From the NCBI RefSeq assembly GCF_002571385.2, contig NW_019217977.1, forward strand, positions 254,434 to 318,433: a DNA stretch of 64,000 nt, read 5' to 3'. The notes beneath the pieces are model-generated. The model worked only from the letters and a program-made list of their open reading frames with translations, was not told the DNA's origin and ran no database searches. The translations under genes were made by a program, and so were the position numbers. Within the stretch, counting starts at the first letter, position 1, and the number at the start of each line of letters is the position of its first letter. The DNA comes from Stylophora pistillata. Lineage: Eukaryota. Shown in pieces: positions 63,708-64,000 of this stretch.

Positions 63708-64000
63708 CGAAACTATGATGACAGGAATCATTATTTCTAAGTACCGTTTGAAAAATGGTCGGGATTAAATCCTACTGGTTAGAGGTACACCCGAAGAGCA
63801 CTAGTGACGAGTTTCTGAGTCGGGCGAATTATCGGAAAATTGTCAGCGGCCTAATTTAGTAACTCCATTTGCGATTTTTAACAACAGTGACAAGCGACGT
63901 GATGAACCAGAGTCGAACATTATTACATACCTTACATGTGAATAATTACGGTGGCTGCTTAGTAGGTTGGCTGGTTTGGGCCATAATAGCCTGAGACACA

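Overview
AT-rich, intron-containing eukaryotic DNA from a draft invertebrate assembly with several N gaps; the repeat landscape looks scleractinian-coral-like, but this is only an impression. In order: the 3' part of an MLF gene (+); three paralogous, unrecognised 164-180 aa helical ORFs with one coding exon each (-,+,+); three tandem Rab8/10/13-like genes with identical intron positions, the first an intact ORF with all five GTPase motifs altered and no prenylation cysteines (candidate pseudo-GTPase); a 103-aa single-TM orphan ORF; the 3' half of an M13 (ECE/neprilysin) peptidase (-); the last two exons of a PRXL2B/FAM213B (SelU-family) gene with a GC-AG intron and a well-formed type-II SECIS-like hairpin in the 3' UTR; an EFHD/swiprosin gene (+); and a PXYLP1-like histidine acid phosphatase (-) with an in-frame TAG in exon 3. 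Introns and spacers hold a decayed Penelope-like element with a hammerhead remnant, tRNA-derived SINEs, L2-like fragments, MITEs, foldback hairpins and a (CAGT/CAAT)n satellite. Gene models were hand-spliced and no database searches were run.
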